The notes beneath the pieces are model-generated. The model worked only from the letters and a program-made list of their open reading frames with translations. It ran no database searches and was not told the DNA's origin. From the NCBI GenBank assembly GCA_976226885.1, contig OZ320321.1:60574001-60638000 (forward strand): 64,000 nt of DNA. The letters run 5' to 3'. The number at the start of each line of letters is the position of its first letter. Positions within the stretch are counted from its first letter, which is position 1. A program made the position numbers and the translations under genes. Positions 61,480 to 64,000 of this stretch are shown here, piece after piece. This DNA is from Iphione sp. A-MEVVRFRX5. Taxonomy: Eukaryota.

Positions 61480-63520
61480 GGCCACCTCCTTGTGGAGGCC
61501 TGCAAAGCACACAACAGGATCCGAGAGAAAGTAGACATTGTCAACATGCTGGAATACAGGCTAACCAAATTTACAGCTAACCTCTACCAACACAGCAATG
61601 ACCTCCTCAGCATGAAGATCCCCGACCAAACAGAGAGTTACAAGGAGTTGATAGCGGCCAAAACCTGAGAAACAAAGTACCTGCACCATCATGGTGATGG
61701 GCACCTCCATTGCCAAGGACTTCACACTGGAAAAGCTGCTGCCTTATTTCAACATCTGCTTCAAAGTATGGGGCCACTGTTGACGAGCTGCCCGCTTCAT
61801 CAGACATTACAAAGGCCTGCACCGAGCAGCAGTAGTATTTTAACAAGACACCTACAACATCAAGGAGAAGAGCATCGAGGAGTGTAGCCAGGACCTTGTA
61901 ACTCTTGTCCAAACCACCTGAGAGAAGTACCCAGAGACAAAAGTGATAGTCTCACTAACCTCAGGAAGAGGGGGCATGGCTCTCCACCCCAAAACCCTGG
62001 CAGTCAACCTGGAAATGAAGAGATGCCTGCAGAGTAGCAAACTGGCCATGCTAGACAGCAGGAACTCTGCTAGACAATTGCAACGCTACAGGAATGCACT
62101 TTAAGGAAAACCTCCTGTGTCTGAACGCAAAGGACCGTACTGCCAGGCTTGCCTCAAACTACTGCCAAGCCCTTTGTAAATGCCTAGAAATAGAAATGCT
62201 GAAAGGACCTTGGCACCCACGACAGCCTACCATACATGAAGCTACAGCAGAAAGAAGAAACCAACAGTTCCAAAATACCAGACATGGTCACCAATACTGG
62301 TCATATGGAGCAACCAGAACTCCACTCCAGAGGGATGACAGAGAGCCCAGCAGGAACCAGGACAGGAGAGACCCACCTGGTTGGTGGATGGAGGCAGCAG
62401 ATGAACCCATGCTCATGGGTAATGCAGGATCAAGATGCATTGTACTACTAGAAACACCATGCAAATGGAAGACCTGTCAATCTGTGTACGGAATATGCAA
62501 GGGACAAGCAGTCCGATGCTTAGAAGCAAGATGAACTCAAAGGATGTTAAACATGTATTACGAAAGTTTGACATCATCAGCTAAGTAGAGACACATGCTA
62601 ATGACTAGACATGTGTATGCATAGGTGGCTTTGAAACCCTAGTTCTAACATGGTTGGCAGTGACACTCCTATACTTGCAATGTCTAAGAAATGTATTTAA
62701 ACCTGGGACTAAAGCCCTAGTGCAAAGTTGTCTCAACCTATATAATTGCTTTCTCATTGGATAAAGAAGACGTGTATGTTTCTTCGATTCTATGTAAAAC
62801 AAAATGGCGGATGGGCATTGACTCAACATTATAAGGTTGAATTAAGGAGAAAATTGAGCGTTTGAAGGGAAACATAGAAATGATTGAAATACAGCAGAAA
62901 CACACCTGTTGAATGTGTGTAGAATGTATTTTTTGTTCATGATGGCCTGCTTATGCCAAATTGGAAGTCAAAAATTGTTTCTATAATGCACATGCTCATG
63001 ACCCAGAAAAGTATGTCAAGCCTGCGCACTGCATTCATTTAAAATGCTGGTATACGTAAACAATCCTTGTGGCCCTTGAAATACTTCCAAATAGACAAAA
63101 CATGGAGACAATAAAACCCCGCAAAAGGTTAGTTCCCATCAAAACCATATCAGAACAGTATTTAACTATTTTATATCATGCAAGGTGGGTAGATTAAGTC
63201 GCTCAAGCCTTGGGCTTGAACTGTGTCCAAGCCCTTGATTTTCATGACTTAATCTACCGCACCTTGTACTCTATGCCTTAGTTAAATGCTTAGCCCAACT
63301 GAATAGGCCCAAGCTACAGAGAGCAAAGAAGTACTTGGGAGGGCTAGCAACCCTAGTCAAACCTAAGGTGGTAAATGGGGTAGAGCATATCATCTTATCA
63401 AATGCGCAAAATAACATTCTGTGGGTGAAGTTACTGGGATCCTTCTATTGGGAGGAGGATGTATACCTGGCATTCACATATGTCAACATGGCCAACTCCT
63501 CCTTTGGCTTGAGATAAGAT
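61480..63520 (+). mobile_element. Degenerate CR1/L2-type LINE, 5' part: SGNH-esterase-like ORF1 and APE endonuclease start, interrupted by an insertion at about 62649-63301
   Basis: Broken frames give MVMGTSIAKD.. and TYNIKEKSIEECSQDLVTLVQTT*EKYPETKVIVSL (esterase-like), then LSICVRNMQG..FDIIS*VETH..IGGFETLVL and NRPKLQRAKKYLGGLATLVK..NILWVKL..DVYLAFTYV (endonuclease-like). Confidence 0.8.
63181..63266. mobile_element. Tiny fold-back element of about 86 bp
   Basis: CAAGGTGGGTAGATTAAGTC ... GACTTAATCTACCGCACCTTG inverted ends with internal TCAAGCC-TTG-GGCTTGA palindrome. Confidence 0.6.
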
Positions 63521-63687
63521 AAGATATTCATCCAAATTTCGCCTCATAGAGGCGTTCTTCAGAACAAGATGTGTACAGGTATATATATACAGTGAATAGT
63601 CAGATAAACGGATCAATACAATTTCTGAAGATTTTTCATAGCTTCTATACAAACAAACATTGAGATGGAATATGCTATAGACTGTCT

Positions 63688-64000
63688 TTAATAGATAAAT
63701 CTTGACATTGTCCTAAATTCTTTGGTTGAAGTTGAACACCTTAGTAGTGGATCAAGATTATTCCAGTCCCTAATTGCCCTGTAATGAATAGACTTTCTTA
63801 TCAATTCAGTCCTGGGTTTGAAGATCTTGAGTACAGGTGCGTCTTGTTGTCTGGTATTTATTTCAGCTCTATCCTGTCTAGGCAATAAACCTAGCAAGTG
63901 TAGGTTGTGCACTATGTTCATTGTGAATGTTTTTCTTCTCTGATCAATAGTCATAAGGTTAAATAGAATATGCAGATCTGTGCTAGTTAACATTTTGAAT
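63688..64000 (-). mobile_element. 3' end of a CR1/L2-group LINE ORF2
   Basis: NTRQ....LKIFKPRTELIRKSIHYRAIRDWNNL...R...S.KEF matches the typical C-terminal tail of these RT proteins. Confidence 0.75.

Overview
This is eukaryotic draft-genome sequence from an invertebrate-like animal; the species cannot be identified from the sequence. It has nine N gaps and no prokaryotic operons or CRISPR arrays. Almost the whole window is one minus-strand gene, CNOT4/NOT4 (RING-RRM-C3H1 E3 ligase linked to CCR4-NOT). I reconstructed it by hand into 17 phase-consistent GT-AG coding exons (ATG at 58583, last secure exon 1961-2062, at least about 923 codons). The true stop-codon exon is unresolved. About 1.7 kb beyond the CNOT4 ATG, the first coding exon of SCNM1 (MSFKREGSDDQWLNLLK) starts on the plus strand. 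The two genes are head-to-head around a YY1+ETS promoter core. Introns hold two copies of a TIR element with 6-bp TSDs, a TA-flanked MITE, a tRNA-headed RTE chimera, nested CR1/L2-type LINEs, a 38-bp minisatellite with higher-order structure, and many GC-rich trinucleotide islands. The best novelty candidates are cryptic exons in the 24.8-kb phase-0 intron right after the RING. One of them could give a RING-less NOT4 starting MSVEIA..., and several look like poison microexons. These are inferences that need RNA-seq.
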